Source: Candidatus Poriferihabitaceae bacterium (GTDB taxonomy: Bacteria; Pseudomonadota; Gammaproteobacteria; Arenicellales; Poriferihabitantaceae). From it: 64,000 nt of DNA. The DNA is taken from assembly GCA_965214055.1 (NCBI GenBank), contig OZ243931.1:1169186-1233185 (forward strand), in the 5' to 3' direction. How positions within the stretch are numbered: the stretch's first letter is position 1; every line of letters begins with the position of its first letter. Under the pieces are notes generated by a model. It searched no databases, was not told the origin of the DNA, and was given only the letters and a program-made list of their open reading frames with translations. Below are positions 11,088 to 19,476 of this stretch, piece after piece. A program made the translations under genes and the position numbers.

Positions 11088-12116
11088 TTACGGCTTTGCA
11101 GAAGGTTTGCCTGCGGCGTTCTTTTTCGTGGTTTTTTTGGCCGTTGTTTTCCTGCTTGCGATTTTTTTGCTTGCCCGGGCTTTTTTCGCAACGGGGGCGC
11201 GTTTTGATACCTTCCTGGCAGTGGTTTTCCGGGCAGTCGCTTTTTTGGCCGTTGTTTTTTTGGCGGTGGTTTTTTTCTTCTTTGTTCTCTTTTTGCGCCT
11301 GACCTTTCCGGCGACCTTCCCTGAAACGATGATCTTTTTCTTCCTCTTCGTTTTCTTTGACCGGGTTTCGGTGACGACCTTGTTGATCTGCCCCCCCGCG
11401 ATAATGGTCGATTCTTCCTCTTCATCGCTGTCCGGATCGATTTCCAGCGTCTTGATTTCCAGGGGCCGGATTTCCAGGTCGACCAGGTCCACGAGCTTCT
11501 GGTGAATCTCGTCCATGTCACCCATGCCGGACAGCGTCCGCAATTTGTGCTGGGCACGATAATAGGTGATCAGGGGGGCGGTTTCGTCATGGTAGACCTG
11601 GATACGGACTTTCACCGTCTCCTCCGTATCGTCCACTCTCGATACCAGCGCGCCGCCGCACCGATCACAGACATCGGGATCGCTGGGCGGAGAAAAATAA
11701 CGGTTGTAGATCTCGCCGCAATCTTCGCAAAGCAGCCGGCCAACAATGCGCTTGACCAGGGCACCATCGTCCACCTCGATATTGATGGCGATCTGCAGGG
11801 TTTTCCCAAGCATGCCCAGCAGGGTATCCAGCGCCTGGGCCTGTGGGATACTCCTTGGATAGCCATCCACAATAAACCCTCTTTTGGTATCCCGCATCCG
11901 CAATCTTTCTTCCAGAAGACCCAGCACCACCTCGTCGTCCACCAATCTCCCCCCGGCCATGGCCTGCCTCACTTTCTCGCCAAGGTCCTGATCGGTTTTT
12001 AACGCATCCCTCAGCAGGTCCCCCGTAGAGATTTGGGGCACCCGATAACGTTCGGCCAGCATTTTTGCCTGGGTGCCTTTACCTGACCCGGGTCCACCCA
12101 GTATCGCTACTCGCAT
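11088..12116 (-). CDS. adk: adenylate kinase fused to a ~130-aa acidic linker plus lysine-rich (histone H1-like) C-terminal tail
   Basis: The core spans residues 1-212, with the GGPGSGKGTQ P-loop, GFIVDGYPRS, and a CxxC...CxxC lid at C130/C133/C150/C153. Residues 213-342 read DLEIRPLEIKTLEIDPDSDEEEE followed by KKTKRKKK...KKTTAKKTTAKKATARKTTARK.... Confidence 0.9.
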   Translation of the reverse strand: MRVAILGGPGSGKGTQAKMLAERYRVPQISTGDLLRDALKTDQDLGEKVRQAMAGGRLVDDEVVLGLLEERLRMRDTKRGFIVDGYPRSIPQAQALDTLLGMLGKTLQIAINIEVDDGALVKRIVGRLLCEDCGEIYNRYFSPPSDPDVCDRCGGALVSRVDDTEETVKVRIQVYHDETAPLITYYRAQHKLRTLSGMGDMDEIHQKLVDLVDLEIRPLEIKTLEIDPDSDEEEESTIIAGGQINKVVTETRSKKTKRKKKIIVSGKVAGKVRRKKRTKKKKTTAKKTTAKKATARKTTARKVSKRAPVAKKARASKKIASRKTTAKKTTKKNAAGKPSAKP

Positions 12117-12236
12117 GATTGGTTTCTCAGATTTATGTGCGGGAAATCAGTAGGACAGACTACTCATTGTTGACACTCAGGTCAACCTCCATAATTCAAG
12201 CTTGGAAAGCTCGGGGTTCTGTGGAAAGCCGGCATA

Positions 12237-13052
12237 TCAGTGGTTTTGGGTCTTTGTTCCCAGAAACCGGGTCCAGTCCACGGTCGGATCTCCCCCTGCC
12301 AGAAACCAGGGGTTCAATATATTGTCCTTATTGTACACCAACGACTGGCCCTCAAGATCGGTCAGGGTGCCCCCCGCCACGTCCAGAACACAGTGCGCGG
12401 CCGCGGTATCCCATTCGGACGTGGCCCCCAGCCGCGGATAGATATCCGCTTTCCCCTCGGCCACCAGGCAGATTTTCAGGGAGCTCCCCATGCGGAGGAT
12501 GCGCGCCGTGCCATTTTCCTCTTCAAGGTTCTTCCGATACTCATTGACCTCAGGGCCCGGATGGGAACGGCTCACGACCATGATGGGGGGTCTGCCTGAA
12601 GACTTCCTGACCCGTATCTCCCGGGTGCCATCACTGCCATCGGTCACGAAAGCGCCGACACCCCGGGCGGCATAGTGGCTGGTGCCGGCCACGGGGGCAT
12701 GCACCACACCCAGTACGGGGGTCCCTTTTTCGATCAACGCAATATTCACCGTGAATTCACCGTTTCGCTTGACAAATTCCCGGGTACCATCCAGTGGATC
12801 CACCATCCAGAACGCATCCCAGTTTTTTCGTTCTTTGTAGTCTGTAACCTTGGATTCCTCGGAAATGACCGGCGCCGGCAAAGAAACCTTTTCGAGTTCT
12901 TTGCAGATCAGCCTGTGCGCCCGTTTGTCCGCCACTGTAAGCGGCGAACCATCGTCTTTATAATCGACGTCAAATTCGTTTTCATATACTTGGAGAATTT
13001 GCCCGCCGGCCTGGACAGCGATGTCGAGCACTTCTGCGAGAAGTTGTTCCAT
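12237..13052 (-). CDS. cysQ: 3'(2'),5'-bisphosphate nucleotidase (inositol monophosphatase family)
   Basis: DGSPLTVADKRAH, ISEES, WMVDPLDGTREF and EWDTAAAHCV are present. The size and pattern match CysQ. Confidence 0.85.
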   Translation of the reverse strand: MEQLLAEVLDIAVQAGGQILQVYENEFDVDYKDDGSPLTVADKRAHRLICKELEKVSLPAPVISEESKVTDYKERKNWDAFWMVDPLDGTREFVKRNGEFTVNIALIEKGTPVLGVVHAPVAGTSHYAARGVGAFVTDGSDGTREIRVRKSSGRPPIMVVSRSHPGPEVNEYRKNLEEENGTARILRMGSSLKICLVAEGKADIYPRLGATSEWDTAAAHCVLDVAGGTLTDLEGQSLVYNKDNILNPWFLAGGDPTVDWTRFLGTKTQNH

Positions 13053-13134
13053 TGAATAAAATAAGTGAATGTGTTGAGAGCCGCTACGCTATATTTTAAC
13101 CCCGTCAACTGCAAGAAACTTTTCAGCCATACCC

Positions 13135-14229
13135 ATGAATGATGCCGATTCTCCGCTGGGGATCTACCAGGCAGAAATCGCCCTGGGCACCCTGGTGCCG
13201 GACCGGGGACAATTCAGGGTCGTGCGTCGCCTTGATTCCCTGTACCGGCAACTGCGGTCGCCAACGGGGCGAGACCGATGGTATCACCGGTTTGTGAAGC
13301 GTGATAATCAGAACTGCAGGGGGTATTATCTCTGGGGTGGTGTTGGCACCGGAAAAACCATGATGATGGATCTCTTCTATCAGGCACTGCCCGACGGATC
13401 TGCAAAACGCATTCATTTCCATAAATTCATGCAGGGTGTTCTGGAACGCAAGAACGAAATCAAGGACCAGCAGGACCCATTGGCCGTCATCGTCAAAGAA
13501 TACGCATCGAATATTCAGGTACTGTGCCTGGACGAGTTTTCGGTAACGGATATTGCCGATGCCATGATCCTGTCCGGGCTGCTTCATCATCTGTTCAAGC
13601 GGAACATTGTGCTGGTCACCACCTCCAACACCCGGCCGGATGACCTGTACTGGGATGGGTTGCAACGGGCCCGTTTTTTACCGGCGATTGAACTGCTCAA
13701 AACACACACCCATGTATTGAATGTGGACGGCGGAAAGGATTACCGGATGGAATACCTGCAGGACCGCGCCATTTTTCATACGCCACTCGGAACCGAGGCA
13801 GATATCGCATTGCGGGACTGTTTCAATGGACTGGCGGGGAAAAACAGGGGTGGGACCCGAACGGTCACCATCACAGGCCGTGACATCGAAATTGTCGCCC
13901 TGGGCCCGGGGGTCATCTGGTTTGATTTTCACATTCTGTGCCAGACTCACCGCTCAAAACTGGACTACATCGAAATCGCAAAACAGTTCCATACGGTCCT
14001 GCTCTCCAACATCCCCTCCCTGGGCGATGATCAAAACGATGCCGCCCGGCGGTTTATCGAACTCATCGATGAGTTCTATGACCGCAACGTCAACCTGGTG
14101 GCCTCTTCAGCTCAACCCCCGGACCGGATTTACACCGGAAATCGGCTCGCCGGGCCATTCAAAAGAACCGCAAGCCGGTTGAATGAAATGAGTGCCCATG
14201 CGTACCTGTCCAAACCGCATCTGAGTTAA
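13135..14229 (+). CDS. zapE: cell-division AFG1-like ATPase ZapE
   Basis: YLWGGVGTGKTMMMDLFY (Walker A), LCLDEFSVTDIADAM (Walker B) and VTTSNTRPDDLY are present. Confidence 0.88.
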   Translation: MNDADSPLGIYQAEIALGTLVPDRGQFRVVRRLDSLYRQLRSPTGRDRWYHRFVKRDNQNCRGYYLWGGVGTGKTMMMDLFYQALPDGSAKRIHFHKFMQGVLERKNEIKDQQDPLAVIVKEYASNIQVLCLDEFSVTDIADAMILSGLLHHLFKRNIVLVTTSNTRPDDLYWDGLQRARFLPAIELLKTHTHVLNVDGGKDYRMEYLQDRAIFHTPLGTEADIALRDCFNGLAGKNRGGTRTVTITGRDIEIVALGPGVIWFDFHILCQTHRSKLDYIEIAKQFHTVLLSNIPSLGDDQNDAARRFIELIDEFYDRNVNLVASSAQPPDRIYTGNRLAGPFKRTASRLNEMSAHAYLSKPHLS

Positions 14230-14324
14230 TGCCCGTCCGAAAGGGGTAGCCGTGGGTCGGCAGCACTTCCCGCATCTGGGGAGTCGCGCATGACCCCATG
14301 ACATCTGGGTCATTTCAACCGCTT

Positions 14325-15410
14325 TTATTTGCAACGCGCTGGCTGTCCCGACAGACCCAGGGGATCATCCGGGTCAACGCCGTCCATAAACACTTTTCTC
14401 CGGTCCCGGTGCGCCGTCTGGTAGACCAGCCCGAGCCAGTTGTTGACAATGGCCTTGCCGGTATCGGACCACGTATTGTCGACCCGTTTTTCCAGCTCGG
14501 ATTCCGGAAAATCCTGCAACTGCACCGCTTTGTCCGGATGCCCCTGCAATCTCTTTTCGAACGTCTGGATGATTTCCCGGGCCTCATCGAAAAAATAATT
14601 TTCCGGGGTCGGCGGCAAATCTCTTGCCCCGCTCAAATAACGGGAGACTTCCCGTTTGTATTCTTTCAGCAGGCTGATTGCATCGTATTCGGGATGCCCC
14701 TGAAAAAAAACAAATCGCAACCCATCCGGGCTGACCGCCAGATGGAAATCAGACTGTTTGCTTTCTGCCAGGACGAGGAGGCCCGCTTCCCGGCACTGCA
14801 CCGCGTTCACTTCGTAAACATGGGAATGCGGCGCATCGAATCGTGTGTCGATATTGACCGTCAGCGGGTGGGGTTGCTGAGTCACCCGGTTCGAATAGAC
14901 CCCCCACCTCTTCCGGGGCAACGGGTATCGGTAAATTCCCCACAACTGCTGCACAATCGCGTGGGTCGCCAAACAGGAGCACATGACCGAGCACACATTG
15001 TCTTTGGCCCACTCCACGACTTCCACCAGGGGGTCCCAGAACGGTTCCTCGGTGATTTCGCTTTTGGCCGGGTTCGCACCGGACAATATCAGCGCATCCA
15101 GCCCCTGCTCCCGGAGTTCCTCAAAACTGCTGTAATACCGGTCGATATGCTCCCGGGTACTGGCACTGCGGGGGATTTGCGGAAAAGTGAACGGATGAAC
15201 ATGAAACTGGGCGATTCGATTGCAGGACCCCACCAGTCGCAAAAACTGCCTTTCTGTGGCCTGGACCGCTGCATCCGGCATCATGTTGAGCAGGCCGATA
15301 TGTAGCTCCCGGATATCCTGGTTTTGCGCGCGTTCGGGAGACAGGACTTCCTGTCCCTCCTTGCGCAGCCTTTCAAAGTTAGGCAGACCGGTATTGGCAA
15401 CCAGAGGCAT
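14325..15410 (-). CDS. metA: MetA-family homoserine O-acyltransferase (long form, 361 aa)
   Basis: IRELHIGLLNMMP, GLDALILSGANP, a Cys-containing VMCSCLATHA block and GHPEYD match the MetA/HTS catalytic framework. The protein has a C-terminal extension relative to the E. coli form. Confidence 0.8.
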   Translation of the reverse strand: MPLVANTGLPNFERLRKEGQEVLSPERAQNQDIRELHIGLLNMMPDAAVQATERQFLRLVGSCNRIAQFHVHPFTFPQIPRSASTREHIDRYYSSFEELREQGLDALILSGANPAKSEITEEPFWDPLVEVVEWAKDNVCSVMCSCLATHAIVQQLWGIYRYPLPRKRWGVYSNRVTQQPHPLTVNIDTRFDAPHSHVYEVNAVQCREAGLLVLAESKQSDFHLAVSPDGLRFVFFQGHPEYDAISLLKEYKREVSRYLSGARDLPPTPENYFFDEAREIIQTFEKRLQGHPDKAVQLQDFPESELEKRVDNTWSDTGKAIVNNWLGLVYQTAHRDRRKVFMDGVDPDDPLGLSGQPARCK

Positions 15411-15481
15411 GGTTCAACCGGGCTCCTGCCAGGAAAGAGCGATATGATAAAATGAATGGATCATCTGTTTTTCCTCCTCCC

Positions 15482-16318
15482 TCAACCCATGCTCTCGCAA
15501 ATCAGGTCGATAATATCTTTTTCGTCACGCATGTCAAAGATTCTGTCGGCTTCAATGACATACCCATATTTCTCCGCCAGCAATTCGTAATGGGGCTTGC
15601 GATACATGATCAATTTCGGAAATATCCACTGGGCGAACTCGTCCGGCACAATTTCATCGGTAGACCGCAGGGCATTTTCCTCAAGATAGGCTGAAAGCTG
15701 GCTGTCCAGGAATCGTTCCCCGTAAAACAACGGTTTCGGCTTGTGCCGGGCCCGTTGGATCAGGGTGTGTTCCATGTCGTCGCTGGCATGCAGATACAGT
15801 ACTATGGTTTTTCGGGACAATTCCGACCAGCATTCTTCGTCGGACAGGGTGCAGATGCTGCCCCCGGCATCGTTGACAAAGTGGGAATAGCCATAAATAT
15901 TCCTGGCTTTTTCCATGAACACCGGCACATCCGCCATTGCACGAACTTCTGCAGCCCGGAACAGTCCCTGGCGCCGCTTGAACTCCTCCACAGACAATCC
16001 ATCCAGCTCCGGGTTTCCAATCTTGCCGAGAAAACAGGCCAGGGGGTGCAAATGATCAATGGTGATATTGTTGCGAATATAGATGGAATCCGTTAGCAGC
16101 AACTGACGTAAATAGCGGTTTTCCATTGCCTTCTTCTTGACATCGTCCAGGATCGGTTCATCCAGATATTTGGTGCCGATGCGGTAATCCCCTGAAAAAT
16201 GAAACCAGGAACTGCGGGGTAGCTTAGCGGATATGGTCGTCTTGCCAACCCCCGACATTCCCAGCAGGGTAATCGCCTTGTTGGGACACTGTCTGAATTC
16301 TTTGGCCGTCTTCTTCAT
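15482..16318 (-). CDS. uncharacterised P-loop NTPase / kinase-like protein
   Basis: A Walker A motif (ITLLGMSGVGKTTIS) sits near the N-terminus of a 278-aa soluble protein. It lies immediately upstream of and co-directional with the metA-like gene. No further family was recognised. Confidence 0.6.
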   Translation of the reverse strand: MKKTAKEFRQCPNKAITLLGMSGVGKTTISAKLPRSSWFHFSGDYRIGTKYLDEPILDDVKKKAMENRYLRQLLLTDSIYIRNNITIDHLHPLACFLGKIGNPELDGLSVEEFKRRQGLFRAAEVRAMADVPVFMEKARNIYGYSHFVNDAGGSICTLSDEECWSELSRKTIVLYLHASDDMEHTLIQRARHKPKPLFYGERFLDSQLSAYLEENALRSTDEIVPDEFAQWIFPKLIMYRKPHYELLAEKYGYVIEADRIFDMRDEKDIIDLICESMG

Positions 16319-16352
16319 GCGAACCGATGGATTGATAACACGAGAGGGGATT

Positions 16353-17150
16353 CTACAGGAAGACCACCAGTAAAATCACACCAAGTGCCACCCGGTACAG
16401 GGCAAACGGGGCCAGGCCAAACTTTTCCAGGTAGCGCATGAAATAATGGATGCACACCAGGGCCACCAGGGCCGCGATACCGGTTGCGAATGCGAGGATT
16501 GGCCAGTTGACCGGGCCGGGCTCGGCCACCAGGCCCCGTGCCTGCCAAATACCGGCCATGGCGATCACCGGGATGGCCAGCAGAAAAGAAAACCGGGCCG
16601 ATGCCCGTCGGTCCAGGCCCATCATCAACCCGGCGGAAATCGTGACCCCGGAGCGGGAGGTCCCGGGAATCAGGGCCAGTATCTGTGCACCGCTGATAAA
16701 CAGCACATCCTTCCAGTTGATGGATTCGACCTGTCTTTTTTTCGTTCCGTACCGATCAGCCAGACCCAGCAAAATCCCGAAGAAGATGGTGGCAACCGCG
16801 ATGGATACCGGATTTCTCAACCTTGTCTCGACAAAGTCCTCCAACACAAACCCGGCCAGTCCAATCCACACCGAGGCAAAAACGATGCACCAGGCAAGAT
16901 GGCTGTATACGGTGGTTGGACCACCGGTCAGCGACCGGAACCAGTGGCTCAGAATCAAGCCGATATCCCTGCGAAAATAGACCACCGCCGCAACCAGAGT
17001 CCCCACATGAACGGCCACATCGAATGCCAGTCCCTGGTCCGTCCAGCCGAACAGGGACGGGGCCAGCGCAAGATGCCCGGAACTGGAAATCGGGAGAAAC
17101 TCCGTTACACCCTGGACCAAGGCAAGCCAGAAGGCATGTGACCACTCCAT
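16353..17150 (-). CDS. uppP: undecaprenyl-diphosphate phosphatase
   Basis: QGVTEFLPISSSGHL and PGTSRSGVTISAGL are the two BacA/UppP signature motifs. The protein is polytopic. Confidence 0.93.
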   Translation of the reverse strand: MEWSHAFWLALVQGVTEFLPISSSGHLALAPSLFGWTDQGLAFDVAVHVGTLVAAVVYFRRDIGLILSHWFRSLTGGPTTVYSHLAWCIVFASVWIGLAGFVLEDFVETRLRNPVSIAVATIFFGILLGLADRYGTKKRQVESINWKDVLFISGAQILALIPGTSRSGVTISAGLMMGLDRRASARFSFLLAIPVIAMAGIWQARGLVAEPGPVNWPILAFATGIAALVALVCIHYFMRYLEKFGLAPFALYRVALGVILLVVFL

Positions 17151-18322
17151 TACAACCGCCCTACCCGATTATGCATTGCAAATCCACGTAAACTCCGAGC
17201 ATGATTTTTACCAAAAGCAATCACTTTAAACAACTCGCCCATCTCGTGAGGCAGGGTAAGTTTCTTGATTTCCTGGGCAACTCTCAGCGTGTCCCGGGTT
17301 GGGTGGTGGTCATCCTGCAGGTCCTGCAGATCATCCAGCAGTCCCAGTAAAAGCAGGAAACTGCCTTGCGTCGTATAGCCGATGGTTTCCAGCCCGGCGC
17401 GTTGTCCGGCCTGCTGAATGGCCGTGAAATCGACATGCGCTGAAATATCCTGTATGCCGGGATAAAAAAAGGGGTCGGTGTGGGCCACGTGCCGGTAGTG
17501 GCACATCAGCGTGCCATCGCTTCGGTCCGGATGATAGTATTCGTGCCGGGGAAACCCATAGTCACACAATAGCACAACCCCGGAATTCAGCTTTTCTCCA
17601 ACGGTCCGAACCCAGGCTTCGGCGCAGTCTCCGATTTCACTCCGGTACCCCGCCGGCAAAGCATACCGGGACAATCGGTCTGCGTGGGGTGCCGTCAACC
17701 GGTTTTCGCTCACGGCCCACACAAGCCCGTTTTCGCCATGCATCACTCCGACTTCCCGGGGTTCCCCCTGAGTGTCCACCTCAAAACGGGTGACCGGCAT
17801 GGCATCCAGAAGTTCATTGGCAATGATCACGCCGCTCACACCGTCCCCGGGGAGGTCTGTTCGCCAGGAAACCCGGTCGGCACAGGTCAGGGTTCCCTTC
17901 TCAATCGTGCGTTGCTGCCTGGCCCTGAGGTCCGGGCTCGGTTCAATGATCCAGTATTCGTCAGGCAGCCCTCCGGCCGCTTCAGCCGCCTGAAGAAAAT
18001 CCCGGGAAAACTCCCCGGTCCCGGCACCATATTCCACAACAATCCGGTCATCGGCGGGTTTCATGGTCCGGAAGATTTCGCCGCATTGCCGGGCCATGCA
18101 CCGGGCAAAAAGCGGTCCCATCAGGGGGGCGGTAACGAAATCCCCTGCATTGCCGAATTTGACAGCCCCGGCACTGTAGTATCCCAGCCCGGGGGCATAG
18201 AGCGCCAGCTCCATATACCGATCAAAGCCCATCCAGTTTCCGTTGGCATGGATCTCGCTGGAGATGACGTCATGCAGCATTGATGAATGCCGGACCTGGT
18301 CTTTGCTGGGTTCATGGAACAT
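17150..18322 (-). CDS. MidA/NDUFAF7-like class I SAM-dependent methyltransferase (DUF185)
   Basis: FDRYMELALYAPGLGYYSAG, GDFVTAP, EYGAGTGEF and ANELLDAMP are present. The start is uncertain, with in-frame ATGs at 18322 and 18280. The ORF-track start at 18427 looks like an extension. Confidence 0.75.
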   Translation of the reverse strand: MFHEPSKDQVRHSSMLHDVISSEIHANGNWMGFDRYMELALYAPGLGYYSAGAVKFGNAGDFVTAPLMGPLFARCMARQCGEIFRTMKPADDRIVVEYGAGTGEFSRDFLQAAEAAGGLPDEYWIIEPSPDLRARQQRTIEKGTLTCADRVSWRTDLPGDGVSGVIIANELLDAMPVTRFEVDTQGEPREVGVMHGENGLVWAVSENRLTAPHADRLSRYALPAGYRSEIGDCAEAWVRTVGEKLNSGVVLLCDYGFPRHEYYHPDRSDGTLMCHYRHVAHTDPFFYPGIQDISAHVDFTAIQQAGQRAGLETIGYTTQGSFLLLLGLLDDLQDLQDDHHPTRDTLRVAQEIKKLTLPHEMGELFKVIAFGKNHARSLRGFAMHNRVGRL

Positions 18323-18474
18323 GGAATACCGACACCTTGAGCTCGGGGTTGGGCCATAGCGACCCTGTGGACTGGACCTGTGAACCTTACGGGATTCGTC
18401 CGGGTCAATCAATCCGCATTGCCGCAATCAAAACCTGACGGGGTATAATCCACGCCAAACCTCCTGCAAGGAAC

Positions 18475-19218
18475 ATGAAAAAACTGGAAGACAACGTCGC
18501 GTTAATCACCGGCGGATCCCGCCGGATCGGGGCCTGTACGGCAAGGTACCTGCATTCGAAGGGCATGCGAATCATCCTGCACTATCACCGCAGTTCCGTG
18601 GATGCGGAAAACCTGCAGACAGAACTGTGTGAAATTCGGCCCGACTCGGTGGTCTTGATACAGGGCGACCTGAAAAGGATCTCGGAAATGAAATACCTGG
18701 TCCGTGAATCCGTACACAAACTGGGAAGGCTGGATGCCCTGGTAAACAATGCATCCGCTTTTTACCCGACCCCCCTGGCCACCGCCACCGAAGACCAGTG
18801 GCAGGCGATCATGGAGACCAACCTGATGGCGCCTTATTTCATTTCCCAGGCCGCCGCCCCCTATCTGGCGAAAAACAAGGGGGTCATCATCCACATGACG
18901 GATATTTACGCCGGCCGCCCGCTGCCCGGCCATTCCATTTATGCCGCATCGAAAGCGGGACTGGTCTCCCTCACCAAGTCGCTGGCCCAGGAACTGGGTC
19001 CGGACATCCGGGTCAATGCCGTGGCCCCGGGTGCCATTCTCTGGCCGGAACATGCCACGGATGAAATTTCACAGCAACGAATGATTTCCAGGACCCCCCT
19101 GAAACGCGCGGGGGAGCCTGAGGACATCGCCAAAACCATCTATTTTCTCATTGCCGGTTCCCAGTATATCAGCGGCCAGGTCATCCGCGTCGACGGAGGA
19201 CGTACCACGATGCCCTGA
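18475..19218 (+). CDS. pteridine reductase-like short-chain dehydrogenase (FolM/PTR1 type)
   Basis: ALITGGSRRIG...ILHYHRS, NNAS and YAASKAG...L (SDR Tyr-Lys) are present, with the C-terminus GQVIRVDGG. Confidence 0.8.
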   Translation: MKKLEDNVALITGGSRRIGACTARYLHSKGMRIILHYHRSSVDAENLQTELCEIRPDSVVLIQGDLKRISEMKYLVRESVHKLGRLDALVNNASAFYPTPLATATEDQWQAIMETNLMAPYFISQAAAPYLAKNKGVIIHMTDIYAGRPLPGHSIYAASKAGLVSLTKSLAQELGPDIRVNAVAPGAILWPEHATDEISQQRMISRTPLKRAGEPEDIAKTIYFLIAGSQYISGQVIRVDGGRTTMP

Positions 19219-19476
19219 AGCATGTCCGATCACTGCCCCGGGAAACAAACCGGCGGTGCGCTTTTCCCTGGAAGGTCCTCTTTGAGCCTGGGCAGTTGTG
19301 CCGAAGTGCCCTCGAAACTGGTGTTCGTGAGATCATACAGACGCTTGAGCGCAACAGCTAAAGACCGCTTAACCCTGTGAATTACCAAATCACAAACACA
19401 TGCTGCACTATGCCGATTTTCAATTTCCCGACAGACAAGGTCAGGTAACAGGGTCATCCGTTCAGGAGACTGCTGC

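Noticed and set aside
11057-11557. Alternative-frame (166 aa, minus) and antisense (132 aa, plus) ORFs overlap the adk tail region.
   Set aside because: They are products of the repetitive A/G-rich lysine codon tract. The adk frame is continuous with a well-conserved kinase core and is the most parsimonious coding frame.
14290-14313. An inverted repeat ATGACCC-N10-GGGTCAT between the convergent zapE and metA-like genes could be a bidirectional terminator.
   Set aside because: The stem is only 7 bp with a 10-nt loop, and there is no convincing U-tract on either strand. The evidence is too weak to annotate.
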